This document shows positions 24,483-38,260 of a stretch of 64,000 bases of DNA, one piece after another. Source of the stretch: Malacoraja senta (lineage: Eukaryota). The first letter of the stretch is position 1. Every line of letters begins with the position of its first letter. A model generated the notes under the pieces. The model did no database searches. It saw only the letters and a list, made by a program, of their open reading frames with translations, and had not been told where the DNA came from. Location of the stretch: assembly GCA_038087875.1 (NCBI GenBank), contig CM075992.1, forward strand, positions 12,092,001 through 12,156,000, written 5' to 3'. The translations under genes were made by a program, and so were the position numbers.

Positions 24483-25526
24483 ATGTCGTTACAACGTACC
24501 CCCACCCGTGTGACACAAAAAAAAGCCATTAAAGGGAAACTGCAGATGGAAGAGGAAGGCCCTACAGAGGCCTCGGCCTCAGTTACAACGATGCCCCAGG
24601 AAGACCCTCCGAAGAAAACAAAACAGAAAAAGTCTGAAATGGAGGATCTTAAAACTTTTCTCGTTGCCGAATTGAAAACCTTTGGAGAGAATTTTGGAGA
24701 GAAATTTAAAGAGGATCTTTACTCTTTTAAGGTAGATTTTAAAGCAGAAATGCTTTCTACCGTTCAACAAATACTGGAAATCTGGAAAAGGACGACGGAG
24801 GAAGAAGTCAAGGATCAGATGGAAGCGCTGGAAACCAGGCTCGTTTCGGTGGAAGCGAACGTCAATATGGATGTGGCCCCCATTCATCACGAACTTGATC
24901 AACATAGAACAGCGAAAACCGAACTTGAGAAATGGGCGGCGACAAGTGCGGAAACTGTAATTCGCCTCCTTACTGAAAACCAACGCCTCTCCGATATGGT
25001 GATCAAATTAAGTGATAAATGTACCGATTTGGAGGGACGTCAAAGACATAAGAACCTAAGAATTGTAGGGGTGAAAGAAGGAAGTGAGAAGGAAATGGGC
25101 TCTCGGGACTTTGTGGCAGACCTATTACAAAAAGCCTTAAAATTGGATCACAAACCTTCACTCGGTCGAGCTCATAGAGCGCAGCGACGTCGTACACAAG
25201 ATGATGCCCATCCAAGACAAATCATCGTAAAGGTGCAACTGGATCATGAATTTGACGATATAATGAAGAAAATTGTTCGAGGCGGACAGCTCCTTTTTGA
25301 AGGTGTGAGATTCAGTATTTACCGAGATTATCCGGCAGAAGTCTTCAAGAAAAGAGCGCTGTTCACTGAGACAAAAAGAATACTGAAGAATGTACCTGGT
25401 TTGAGATACGGCCTGCTTTATCCCGCAAGACTAAGAGTCACCTACAAGTCCAAGGAGCAATTTTTTACAGACCACGAAAAAGCACTGGAATACGCCAAAG
25501 AAATCGGGAACACGACCGTAGACTGA
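24483..25526 (+). CDS. L1 ORF1p (coiled coil, RRM, CTD), uninterrupted
   Basis: Open 347-codon frame from ATG 24483; DLEGRQR..NLRIVGVKEG, RAHR, IYRDY, LLYPARLRV motifs. Confidence 0.92.
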   Translation: MSLQRTPTRVTQKKAIKGKLQMEEEGPTEASASVTTMPQEDPPKKTKQKKSEMEDLKTFLVAELKTFGENFGEKFKEDLYSFKVDFKAEMLSTVQQILEIWKRTTEEEVKDQMEALETRLVSVEANVNMDVAPIHHELDQHRTAKTELEKWAATSAETVIRLLTENQRLSDMVIKLSDKCTDLEGRQRHKNLRIVGVKEGSEKEMGSRDFVADLLQKALKLDHKPSLGRAHRAQRRRTQDDAHPRQIIVKVQLDHEFDDIMKKIVRGGQLLFEGVRFSIYRDYPAEVFKKRALFTETKRILKNVPGLRYGLLYPARLRVTYKSKEQFFTDHEKALEYAKEIGNTTVD

Positions 25527-26533
25527 AGAATTTACTTTACTCCTTAGGAGTCAAGGACTAACAGGACCGCCAGATCTAAAAGGACCTTTAAAGTTCTTTT
25601 AAGAGCTTTAAGGACATTCGAAAACCGAAATGGACGGAGGACATTGGAGAAAACCGTGATCTTTGTATTTTTTTTTTTTTTTTACTTTTTTTTTTTTACT
25701 AATCATTATTAATATCTGTATATTCATATCTAACTATATATGTAACAACTAATACTTATTAAATATCCATATTACCATTAAAATTATTAACATTAACATT
25801 TCTCATAAAAATTTAATACTGTATATGATTGATAACAATGATTAATAATTAATAGTCTTTGATTAACGTAGAAATGAATTACATACTTATATTATATAAG
25901 AGGATATGCAAGAGGTAAATAAGCCTACGTCATAATAAAACTTGACGGTGTTCCTCTTTATTTTTCAATTTAAAATTAAATTTATAGATTTAGCGAAGAA
26001 ATTAATATGATATGTAGAGAATAATAACGTTGTGAATTTTTGCTATTCCTGAACTTTTCTGCAGGGATACGTGCTTATGTATGTATGCACATGGGTATAT
26101 ATACATATATATGTATGTATATTGTGTGTGTGTATGTATGGGTATGTATATAAGTTTGTTACTCCCAAAGAAGTTATTTGAATGTTAGAAATAATCTTTT
26201 TTCTTCTTCGGGCACGGAGCTGGGAATTTTTTTTTCTTACAAAGGCTACGGAAGTCTTTAGAATTCTAGCCACGTTAGTGTGGCTATCACTAACTACACT
26301 AATTGTAGATGTAGTTCTTTTTCTTTCACCCTTTACTAATCAATTCTATCACTTTTTTCACTTTAAATATTTTGATAACTTAATGTTTGAATGGAAAAAC
26401 AAGTCTAATACAAGGAGATGTGTTCGGAAGAGCGATGTATATGATTTTAAATTCATCTATCTGAAGTTCGGTAGCAGGGTCAGGTTTTATGTGTTGTACC
26501 TTCTGCTCGGCTATAGACCACCTTAGAAACAAT

Positions 26534-29500
26534 ATGCAAGATGTTAATATGACAAGAGGGGGTCAGGGAATAACATTTTGTAGTTGGAATGTCAAGGGAA
26601 TCAATGAACCAATTAAGAGAGGTAAAGTTTTGGCACATCTAAACTTAATCAAAACAGATATAATATTTCTCCAAGAAACACACCTTAAAAAGGAATCTCA
26701 ACATAGACTTAAAGCTAAGTGGATCGCTGAATCATATCATTCCTCTTTTTCCCATAAGTCCAGAGGAGTTGCAGTATTAATTCGTAAAGGAATACCTTTT
26801 ACGAACTCTTCAACAATAGTGGATATTGATGGTAGATATATTATATTAGTTGGAGAGTTAAATGGAGAAAAAGTGATTCTTCTTAATGTATATGGGCCTA
26901 ACTTTGATAACCCCATGTTTTTTAATAAAACATTTAATAAAATTCCTGAATTTACACAATATAAATTAATAATTGGAGGAGACTTCAATTGCACATTAGA
27001 TTCATACTTAGATAGATCATCAAGGCAAAAAAAAGTAAAATCTCAATCAAGTGTATTTCTAAATTCATTTATTAATACCACTAATATTAAGGATGTCTGG
27101 AGAATAGAAAACCCAACTGGACGGGAATATTCATTTTACTCACCAGTACATAAAACATACTCAAGAATAGATTATTTTTTAGTTGACTCTATGTTTATCC
27201 CATTTATTTATAATTCAACATATCATAACATTATAATCTCAGATCACGCACCTGTAACATTCATGATTAAATTAAATGGAATGTCCGAGAAACAAACATA
27301 TTGGAGATTTAACCCACAAATTTCGAACGAAAGGTCATGCCAGGAATATATTATTAAACAGATTCAAATATTTTTTGAGGTAAATGACAACCCTGACACA
27401 CCTACTTCTCTTATGTGAGAAACGTTTAAAGCGTTTGTTCGAGGTACATTAATTTCCGCTCAAGCATTTTATAATAAAGAGAACAGGATTAAGCAACAAA
27501 CATTGGAAAGTGAAATCAAGCAACTAGATATAGAAAATGCGAGAATGCCATCTATTTTAAAACATAATAAAATTGCTGTATTGAAATATAAATTAAATAA
27601 AATGTATTCAGAACAAGTAATAAAACTTTATCAAAAAACCAAACAATTACATTTTGAATTTGGAGACAAACCACAAAAACTATTAGCACGTCAGTTACGA
27701 AAAATGGAAGGGGAAAAAGTAATTCATAAAATTAGAACAGAGACAGGAAAATTATTAAAAATGCCCAAGGACATAAATGATAGATTTCTCCAATACTATC
27801 ATAACCTTTATTCAACTAAAACCGTAGGACAATCAGAAGGAATAGCAGATTTTTTACTAAAATGTAATTTAAAAGGTTTAGATTCGAACGATAGAGAATT
27901 ATTAGAAAGGGAGATTACCATAAAAGATATTGAGGAGTCTATTGGCTCTTTAAAAAATGGTAAAGCAGTAGGACCAGATGGTTTAGGCTCCGAATTTTAT
28001 ATAAAAATTTATGATTTGCTTTGCCCACGTTTACAAAGACTGTATGAGTATATCTATACTCAACAGAAACTTCCAGACACTTTAAATGAATCTATAATAA
28101 CACTTATTCCTAAAGCTGATAAAGATCCGGAAGACCCGGGATCATATAGAGCAATTGCACTTTTAAATACAGATCAGAAAATATTAACTAAAATACTAGC
28201 GCATAGATTAAGTACAGTGATGAATAAATTAATACACCCTGACCAAACAGGCTTTATTCAGAAACGGTACTCATATTATAATCTAAGAAGATTATTTAAT
28301 ATTATATATTCCAAGAGAATTATTAATGAAGATCTAGCAATAATCTCACTTGACGCTGAAAAAGCATTTGATCAGGTCGAATGGTCTTATTTATTTTCGG
28401 TGATGGAAAATATGCAGCTAGGGGAGAAATTCTGTACATGGATAAAACTATTATATACAAATCCCACGGCTAGAATATTTACAAACCAAAGGTTGTCATC
28501 TAAATTTAGTCTATCTAGAGGTTGTAGACAAGGATGCCCGTTATCTCCATTATTATTTGCGCTTGCTATTGAGCCACTTGCAGAAAGAGTCAGGGGGCAT
28601 CCGGAAATACACGGATATAACACAAAGGACACAGTGAATAAAATTTCTCTATACGCAGATGATGTATTAATTTACATTACAAAACCAGAAATTAGTATTC
28701 CAAACTTATTAAAGCTAATAACCCAATTTGGTTCACTTTCAGGATACAGAATAAATTGGAATAAAAGTGAAATTATGCCAATAAGGGAACATAACAAACA
28801 GATAATACAACAATTTCCATTTAAAATAGTAAAGGAAAAAATTTAAATATCTAGGTATTTATGTAACTAAGATATATACATCATTATTTAAAGCAAATTT
28901 TCCACCATTACTGAATAAACTACATAAAAATATTCAATACTGGAAAACACTTCCTATCTCAATGGTTGGCAAAATTAATGCCATAAAAATCATTTTTTTA
29001 CCGCAAATATTATACCTTTTTCAGACAATTCCGATATATCTGGCAAAATTTTTTTTTTTTAAACTGGACTCTATTGTTAATGATTTTATCTGGGATTATA
29101 AGAATCATAGGATAAACAAAAGACATTTGTGTAAATCAAAAATAAATGGAGACTTGGTTTTACCCAACTTTTTGTTTTATTTCTGGGCAGTTAATATTAA
29201 AAATATGAATTTCTGGTTGGAAGAAATAGATCATCAACCAGACTGGTTAAAAATGGAAAAGGAAGATTGTTTACCTTTTGATATCGGTTCGATATTATTT
29301 GCTACGTCTAAATTAAACAAAAAAATTTATAGGGAAAACCCTATAATATTTAGTGCTATTTATCACTTTTTCTTCCAATTGTGAATAACCCTTTGTTTAA
29401 GCCTTCATGGTTGGACGGGGGTTTTACACAATGGAAGAATTATGGAATTAAAAATATGGGACAACTTTACAAAGAAGGCACTTTTCTGACATTTCAGGAG

Positions 29501-30307
29501 TTGCAACAGACTTATGGACTTCGAGGAAATGACTATTTCAGATATCTTCAACTTAGAGATTATGTAAAATCGAATACTCAAAATTTTCGAATTAGAAATT
29601 CAGAAATTCTTGATGAATGTTGGAACAAACATCCTAATACAGAAAAATTAATATCTTATATATATAATATCTTATTAGACAGTGACATTCCATCGACGGA
29701 CTTACACAGACAAACATGGGAAAAAGAATTAAATCAAATAATAACGAAAGATACTTGGGAAGAAAGTTTGCAACACATACATCAATGTTCATTAAACGCC
29801 AGACATTCTCTAATACAATTTAAAGTAATACATAGGTTACATTATTCAAAAACAAAACTACATAAAATTTTTCAACATATCTCACCTATATGTGATAAAT
29901 GTCAACATTTAGAAGCTACCTTATCTCATATGTTTGCAAACTGTATAAAAATTAAAAAATTCTGGGTAAATATTTTCAGTATAATATCTAAAGTAACCAG
30001 CACACAATTGGACCCAGATCCAAAATTAATAATACTTGGAATATTAGAATTAAATCAAACATTTAGAACAACACAAAGAAACTTTATTGATTATAGTTTA
30101 ATAACAGGAAAAAAATTAATTCTAAAATTTTGGAAAGGCCCTACGACCCCCACAATCAAAATGTGGATTATAGAAATGACGGAAACCTTAAACGTGGAAA
30201 GAATCAGATTCTCCCTGTTGGACAAACAGGAATTATTCGTTGGAACATGGTCTCCTTTTATTGATTACTTAAAGGGTCAGAACAGTTCAGCACAGGAACC
30301 TGACTAG
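26534..30307 (+). pseudogene. L1 ORF2p (APE endonuclease, RT, Cys-rich tail), disrupted
   Basis: SWNVKG, LQETH, GGDFN, SRIDY, SDH; RQGCPLSPLLF, YADD; CDKC..HMF.NC; TGA at 27416-27418, frameshift near 28840, apparent deletion near 29360. Confidence 0.94.
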
Positions 30308-30904
30308 CACCCGGGCTAAAGAATGGATGAAATGCTATACTTAGAAATGTACGAATATATCTTGAATGAAGTTTTCTATTTTAATACATTTTTCCATTCT
30401 TCTTTAACTATCTTTTTTCTTTTTTTTTTAATTTTTGTTTTGTTTTGTTTTTCTTCTCTTTCTTTTCTTTCTTTACTTCATCTTTCTCTTTAGTTCTATT
30501 TAGTTTTTTAAAAAAAGGCAAAAGGTATTGGAGACAATGTAATAATAATTGACAATATTATCAAGTTAAAAATGTAAGACTGTAATGATGTAACTAGGTT
30601 GTGTACTTATCTCCAATAAAAAAATATTTAAAATAAAAAAGAAAAAAAAAAGAAAGGCGCTATATAAATCCCATCCATTATTATTATTATTATTATCTCC
30701 AGCGGTTACAGGGGAAGGTACCTGGGAAGCGGGTGATTTGGGTGGGAAGGGATGAGTTATCCAAGGAATAGAAGAGGGAGCTGTCTCTGTGGAAGGCAGA
30801 AAGGGGTGGAGATGGGAAGATGTAACTACATGGGATCACATTGGAGGTGGTGGAAATGTCAGAGAAATATGGATGTGGAAGCTGGTGGGATGAAAGGAGT
30901 GGAC

Positions 30905-33900
30905 CAGGGGAACAGTGCTGTCGGGGAGGATTTAAACTAATATGGCAGGGGGATGGGAGCATGAGCAGTGAGACAGAGGGGTGTAAAATGAGGGTAGAAG
31001 CAATAGGTCGCAAGGTGAAAAGTAAAAGTGGCATGCAGACAAATCCAGGGCAAAAATCAAAAAGGGCCACTTTTCAACATAATTGTATAAGGGGTAAGAG
31101 TGTTGTAAAAACAAGCCTGAAGGCTTTGTGTCTCAATGCAAGGAGCATTCGTAATAAGGTGGATGAGTTGAATGTGCATATAGCTATTAATGACTATGAT
31201 ATAGTTGGGATCACGGAGTCATGGCTCCAGGGTGACCAAGGTTGGGAGCTGAACATCCAGGGATATTCAATATTCAGGAGGGATAGAGAGAAAGGAAAAG
31301 GAGGTGGGGTAGCGTTGCTGGTTAGAGAAGAGATTAACACAATAGAAAGGAAGGACATTAGCTTGGAGGTTGTGGAATCGATATGGGTAGAGCTGCGAAA
31401 CACTAAGGGGCAGAAAACGCTAGTGGGAGTTGTGTACAGGCCACCTAACAGTAGTAATGGAGTTGGGGATGGCATCACACAGGAAATTAGAAATGCATGT
31501 AACACAGGTAAAACAGTTATAATGGGTGCCTTCAGTCTACATATAGATTGGGTGAATCAAATTGGCAGGGGTGCTGAGGAAGAGGATTTCTTGGAATGTA
31601 TGCGGGATGGTTTTCTAAACCAACATGTAGAGGAACCAACGAGAGAGCAGGCTATTCTAGACCGGGTATTGAGTAATGAGGAAGGGTTAGTTAGCAGTCT
31701 TGTTGTGCATGGCCCCTTGGGCAAAAGTGACCATAATATGGTTAAGTTCTTCATTAGAATGGAGAGTGACATAGTTAATTCAGAAACAAGGGTTCTGAAC
31801 TTAAAGAATGGTAACTTTGAGGGTATGAGACGTGAATTGGCCAAGATAGACTGGCAAGTGATTCCTAAAGGGTTGACGGTGGATATGCAATGGAAGGCAT
31901 TTAAAGACTTCAAGGATGAACTACAACAATTGTTCATCCCAGTTTGGCAAAAGAATAAATCAGGGAAGGTAGTGCATCCGTGGATAACAAGGGAAATCAG
32001 GGATAGTATCGAAACAAAAGATGACGCATACAAATTAGCCAGAAAAAGCAGCCTACCAGAGGACTGGGAGAAATTCAGTCCAGCAGAGGAGGACAAAGGG
32101 CTTAATTAGGAAGGGGAAAATTAGGAAAGGGAGATTATGAAAGAAAACTGGCAGGGAACATAAAAACAGACTGCATAAGCTTTTATAGATATGTGAAGAG
32201 AAAAAGATTAGTTAAAACAAATGTAGGTCCCTTGCAGCCAGAAACAGGTGAATTGATCATGGGGAACAAGGACATGGCAGACCAATTGAATAACTAATTT
32301 GGTTCTGTCTTCACTAAGGAAGACATAAATAATCTGCTGGAAATAGTGGGGGACCTGGGGTCAAATGAGATGGAGGAACTGAGTAAAATCCAGGTTAGTC
32401 TGGAAGTGGTGTTAGGTAAATTGAATGGATGAAAGGCCGATAAATCCCCAGGGCCAGATAGGCTGCATCCCAGAGTACTTAAGGAAGTAGCCCCAGAAAT
32501 AGTGGATGCATTAGTGATAATTTTTCAAAACTCTTTAGATTCTGGAGTAGTTCCTGAGGATTGGAGGGTAGCTCATGTAACCCCACTTTTTAAAAAGGAA
32601 GGGAGAGAGAAAACGGGGAATTACAGACCAGTTAGTCTAACATCGGTAATGGGAAAAAATGCTAGTCAGTTATTAAAGACGGGATAGCAGCACATTTGGA
32701 AAGTGGTGAAATCATTGGACAAAGTCAGCATGGATTTATGAAAGGTATATCATGTCTGACGAATCTTATAGAATTTTTTTGAGGATGTAACTAGTAGAGT
32801 GGATAAGGGAGAACCAGTGGGTGTGTTATATCTGGACTTTCAGAAGGCTTTCGACAAGGTCCCACATTAGTATGCAAACTTAAAGCACACGGTATTGGGG
32901 GTTCAGTATTGATGTGGATAGAGAACTGGCTGGCAGAGAGGAAGCAAAGAGTAGGAGTAAACGGGTCCTTTTCAGAATGGCAGGCAGTGACTAGTGGCAT
33001 ACCGCAAGGTTCTGTGCTGGGACCCCAGCTATTTACAATATATATTAATGATTTGGACGAGGGAATTGAATGCAACATCTCCATGTTTGCGGATGACACG
33101 AAGCTTGGGGGCAGTGTTAGCTATGAGGAGGATGCGAGGAGGCTGCAAGGTGACTTGGATAGGTTCTGTGAGTGGGCAAATGCATGGCAGATGCAATATA
33201 ATGTGGATAAATGTGAGGTTATCCACTTTGGTGGCAAGAACAGGAAAGTAGACTGTTATCTGAATGGTGGCCGATTAGGAAAAGGGGAGATGCAATGAGA
33301 CCTGGGTGTCATGGTACAACAGTCATTGAAAGTAGGCATGCAGGTGCAGCAGGCAGTGAAGAAAGCGAATGGTATGTTAGCATTCATTGCAAAAGGATTT
33401 GAGTATAGGAGCAGGGAGGTTCTAGTGCAGTTGTACAGGGCCTTGGTGAGACCACACCTGGAGTATTGTGTACCGTTTTGGTCTCCTAATCTGAGGAAAG
33501 ACATTCTTGCCATAGATGGAGTACAGAAAAGGTTCACCAGACTGATTCCTGGGATGGCAGGACTTTCATATGAAGAAAGACTGGATAGACTTGGCTTGTA
33601 CTCGCTAGAATTTAGAAGATTGAACGTGGTTCTTATAGAAACTTACAAAATTCTTAAGGGGTTGGACAGGCTAGATGCAGGAAGATTGTTCCCGATGTTG
33701 GGGAAGTCCAGAACATGGGGTCACAGTTTAAGGATAAGGGTTTTAGGACCGAGATGAGAAAAACATTTCTCACACAGAGAGTGGTGAATCTGTGGAACTC
33801 TCTGCCTCAGAACGTAGTTGAGGCCAGTTCATTGGCTATATTTAAGAGGAAGTTAGATGTGGCCATTGTGGCTAAAGGGATCAGGGGGTATGGAGAGAAT

Positions 33901-34017
33901 GCAGGTACAGGATACTGAGTTGGATGATCAGCCATGATCATATTGAATGGTGGTGCAGGCTCGAAGGGCCGAATGGCCTACTCCTGCACCTATTTTCTAT
34001 GTTTCTATGTTTCTATG
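30905..34017 (+). mobile_element. CR1 LINE with near-complete ORF2 (EN+RT), several disruptions
   Basis: LNARSIRNK, TESWL, VYRPP, SDHN; NYRPVSLTS, SGIPQGSVLGP, FADDTK; (TTTCTATG)n tail. Confidence 0.95.
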
Positions 34018-34019
34018 TC

Positions 34020-37000
34020 TATTTTACTTCGGAGTCACGTGAGTGACTACGTGAAGGCCGTTAGCCTGCATGCGCGTCATTACATTGACTCACTTTGCGC
34101 AAACGAGCCGACTGGCGGCAGCGTTTGCTCTGTCCAGCGGTAAGTTTAAACATACAAGGTAAGTTTTAAACTTACTTCTAGGGTTGTTTTTTTATTGCAG
34201 GAAACTCTTTACAGAGTTTGCCTGCTGGATTTGGGTCATGACCTCGGGGAATCACGGAAACGGACCGCGGGGAACCCACCCAGGAGACCGCGGAAGTGCG
34301 AGTAGCGGGCGGCGGTTCAAATTCGCCTTTCCGCGGCATCAGACTGGTGCCGGTAGCACCTAGGCAACCCCGTTTGGAGGGTTAGCCACTAAATTATATC
34401 TCCCTCTCTGCGGAGGGGAGCGGAGGGAAGAGGCCCGTTCATTCAAACAAGTCGCGCCAGGAGCACCTAGGCAACCCCACTTGGAGGGTAGCCACGATAT
34501 TATATCTCCCTCTCTGAGGAGGGGAGCGTAGGGAAGAGGCCCGTTGACACAAACGAGTCGGGCCAGGAGGATTCCTGATGGAGAGGATCCCCTCCTTCAT
34601 GGGTAACGTCTTTGAACGTTCAAACCCACATGGAGCACCTGATGAGAGGTGTTCCATAAGGAAATACTCCAAAGGTGGGAGTTATCAGCTTGGGTATCAA
34701 GGAGAATCCGCAGGCAGCGGCACCTGTTTCAGGGCTGCACAATGTCTCCCTCTCTGAGGAGGGGAGCATTCAGGGTCAGTTTAATCTGACCCAGAGCAAA
34801 AAACATTATATCGTTCCGCTGGAGGGGCCATGTCAGCGCAGATATGGTCAGGGGCCTGCGGCAGCACCTGTTTTCAGGGCTGCCTACGAATCTCCCTCTC
34901 TGTGGAGGGGAGTGCGAGTGGTCAGTTGGTAACTGACTTCAAATTCGAAGTGTATCCATGGAACATACTGGAGCACATGCATATGGCTTCAAGAGATACT
35001 CGCAAACGAATGTGTTGCTGCCGGAAGAGTTGGTCTCCAGCCGTTGGCAGAATACCCGCAAGGGGCCAGAGTTCTCTCACGCTACAAGTGCCAGCAAGTG
35101 AACAGCGCTATTAGGGTGACATTGGAGGGCATGAAATCCAGGAAATGAAACCAGCCACCGAATCCTCTCTTCAGGTAAGACTTATCCCACAGGTAAGACC
35201 AGGAGGAGGAAGCAAAAAGCTGTCGGACTAATCAAGGTATCGACGACGAGCAAAGCTTCATCGGTAGGTGGCGACACGCCCCATGCCTCCATCGGGGGTA
35301 AGCGTTTCACTGAAGCCGGTGGCAGCTTGAAAGCTGGGCACGGAAATATGGCCAGAGTTGTCTTTCAAGGCAGGCTCAAAATTATGGCCAGAGTTGTCTT
35401 ATGAGGTAGGCTCAGTATGATGAGGTTTTCAGACCAAGGCCCAAGCTCAGGGGAAATATGGAATGCACGCACCCTACCAGTCCTACTCTCCAATCAAGGA
35501 GGGGAAAAAGAACCCACATCAGCGGCCTTTGGGCTTACCATAAGACCACCGGTAGCCATGGAGGTAGGTGGTTCTGGTTCTTCTGAAACATGGGGTTGTG
35601 GACCATTTACATGTTTGTAATATTTACACTTGTGTTTTTTGTACAAGTGACAATGATAACATGAGATTCAGATCTGGTTTATAAAAACTGATGATAACAT
35701 GTGATTACTTCATACTGCACAACATACATAGGTTCCAAGCAGGCTTGGAATTGGGGCCGGAGTTGTCTTTCAAGGCAGGCCCAGTATTTTGGGCTGGATT
35801 TCATTTTAGGACAGGTTGACAGATGGAGGATGTCACTTCATCCAGATTTATCTCATATGTGCAGTATAGACTTTCAGAATAGTAAACTTCGTTACTGTCT
35901 AACAATTGATTTCTATAGGAGCTATATGGCAAGCATCGATCTCAAAGATGCATGCTATTCAGTTCCCGTTCACAGGGATCACAGGGGATCTCTGAAATTT
36001 ATCTGGATGGGTCAATGATAACAGTTAAAGGTTTGCAAAATGGGCTAACTTCAGCTCCCAGGTTTATTTACCAAATCACCAAAACCGGTGCTTGGGCTGC
36101 TCAGAGCTCAAGAACATTTGTTAACGCCTATCTGGATGATGTTTTAAACACTGTATTTTACTAAACTTAACTGTTTCAGGCTCAAACTATATTGGAGAAA
36201 TTGGGGTCTCTCACCCATCCAGTTAAATTTAAGTTAATACGAATCAGAACTATTGATTAAGGGATTTACATTTAACGATCAACTTAACAGGGACTCCGCC
36301 CTGGGGCAAGAGATGCAATTAACAGAAGCCTGTAACAACCGCGTGGTTATGAAGCAGCTTTCTATTCATCAAGTGTAATTGGCAATATAGCAGCTGTGTT
36401 TCAGGTGTGTAACTTGGGCCTTTGCATTACCAGAACTTACAGCGTGCAAAGAATTAACTTCTCAAGTACCATATAGGTCATTATTAATAGATCTATGCTA
36501 TTACCAGCTGAAGCTACCAAAGTCACAATGGTGGCAGTATTCAGCATTGCTCCAGTATTTTTGGTCAGTAATCTTCAGTAATTACAAACTGATGCTAGTG
36601 CTCAAAGATGAGAAGTTACGAATGACATCTCCACTTACGGAGGCGGATGCGGATTGCATGAGTTACCAATTTTTCAGTTATTGGTATCAACTACCTATAA
36701 ACACTAGGTGCATTCTATAGGTTAAAGTTTATTGTGAGAATGTTCATAATCTGCATGCTCAACTCCAAGTTGATACACTATGATGGTGACATATGTTAGT
36801 CACATGGGTGCAATCAAGTTAAAGTATCCTGTGATATTTACCTAACCTCATTTGATGCTATTGTATCATCACATGAAATCAATGACAACACAGAATGGAT
36901 GTTGGATCACAAAGTATTTAATGTCATTTTGGCTCAATGGAACACCGAATATCGATATGTTTACATCCAGGCTCATTTACCAGTTGCAAAATAAGTGGCA

Positions 37001-38260
37001 TACAGTGGCGAGAGATACATTATCGCCACACTGGGGAGGAATGTTCTTGCATGTCTTTCCTCCATTCTGCCTCATCAGTCGGGTCTTGCAATAAATCCAG
37101 CAAGATACCGCTTCAGGCTTTTCGAACTGCCTGACTGGCATACGCAGCCATGGTTCCCGCTAATGTTGGGAATAATATAGAACCTTATATGCTTATTCAA
37201 AACATAAAACGTTGCTGGTTCAACCTGTGACTCGGGAAACCAGCCTCTGCATGATACATCAAATCATTGACTTGCAGACTCTGAGACGACTATTCCTGCA
37301 GCTCGGGTTGTCAGACCGATCCATGTCGTGCTCACTGCAGAATGCAGGGAAAGCACCAAAAGGCAGTACATTTCCACTTCAGCAGATGGGAAACGTTTTT
37401 GTTTGAATACACATGTTACATACAGTACAGCACGGATAACTGACGTCTTAGAGGTCATTTTCAAATGGGTCTTTGACAATAATTAAGTTACAGTACCATT
37501 AACTGTGCCAACGTGCCTTCTGATCATATTTGCTGCAGCAAGTGGGACCCACACTGTCGGGTCTCACCCTCTGATATCCAGAATTATATAGGATATCTTT
37601 AACACCAGTTGTCCCAGTTACACGGAAGTACGGGACATTGACGTTATGTTAACATTACTTCACCAGGGGGCTCCCCCTACATCCTTATCTTCATCCAGCT
37701 CCCATAAGGTAGTAATCCTCATGGCACTGGCCTCAGTGCAATGGGTCCAGTCACTACATAAATTGCGACTGGACAGGATGGTTACATCTGCTAATAACAT
37801 AATATTTTATGTTTTTGATTTAATCAACCAGAAGTAACCAGGGGCATTAGGTCTCAAACTAGTTTCATGGCATACCCTATGGACCTTCGGTAATGTGTGG
37901 TCACATATTAACAACAATACGTCTAGGTCACCTAAAGCCTCAAAGGCTCCAAACTAAGCAATGTTTGTTAGTTACAAAAACATTCATAAGAAGTATTAGT
38001 TCTACCATCTCCAGGTGGTTAAAATGGGGTTTTGGGTAATGCATGAGTCGATACTAATATTTTCAACACTCACTCCACCAGGGCTGCTACCACATCAGCT
38101 CCAAGGATTATGTACGTTCCACTGGACCACATCGTAGCAGCTGCAGGATGGTCAAACGAACATACTTTACCAACATTTTATATAGCCCATTGCCAAACCG
38201 GGGGTATTTGCCAACTCCATTTTAGATTCTGTTTTATAGTTTTCCCCTGGATGAAGGGGT
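34020..38260 (+). mobile_element. DIRS1-type tyrosine-recombinase retrotransposon, degraded, 3' terminus lost
   Basis: 5' terminus attttacttcggagtcacgtgagtgactacgtgaag; SIDLKDA.YSVP and YLDD (RT), TDAS (RNase H), DMFTSRL and FPPF (methyltransferase-like), HSTRAA and AAGWS (YR). Confidence 0.9.

Larger units (their letters stand above)
24329..30650 (+). mobile_element. Full-length L1 retrotransposon (about 6.3 kb)
   Basis: 5' gagggacttccggtggcg, ORF1, ORF2, AATAAA + poly(A); 16-bp TSD AGAAAGGCGCTA(A/T)ATA at 24313-24328 and 30651-30666. Confidence 0.96.
23997..30695 (+). mobile_element. tRNA-derived CORE-like SINE with L2-type tail (23997-24328 + 30651-30695), split by L1
   Basis: A box tggcgcaatgg 24007, B box ggttcgaatcc 24051, gtgtccttgggcaagacactt core, tail gtaaagcgccttgag..gaaaggcgctatataaat..(TAT)n. 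Confidence 0.85.

Noticed and set aside
30841..32109. 422-aa ORF as a novel gene
   Set aside because: CR1 endonuclease domain with a chance N-terminal read-in from Penelope sequence
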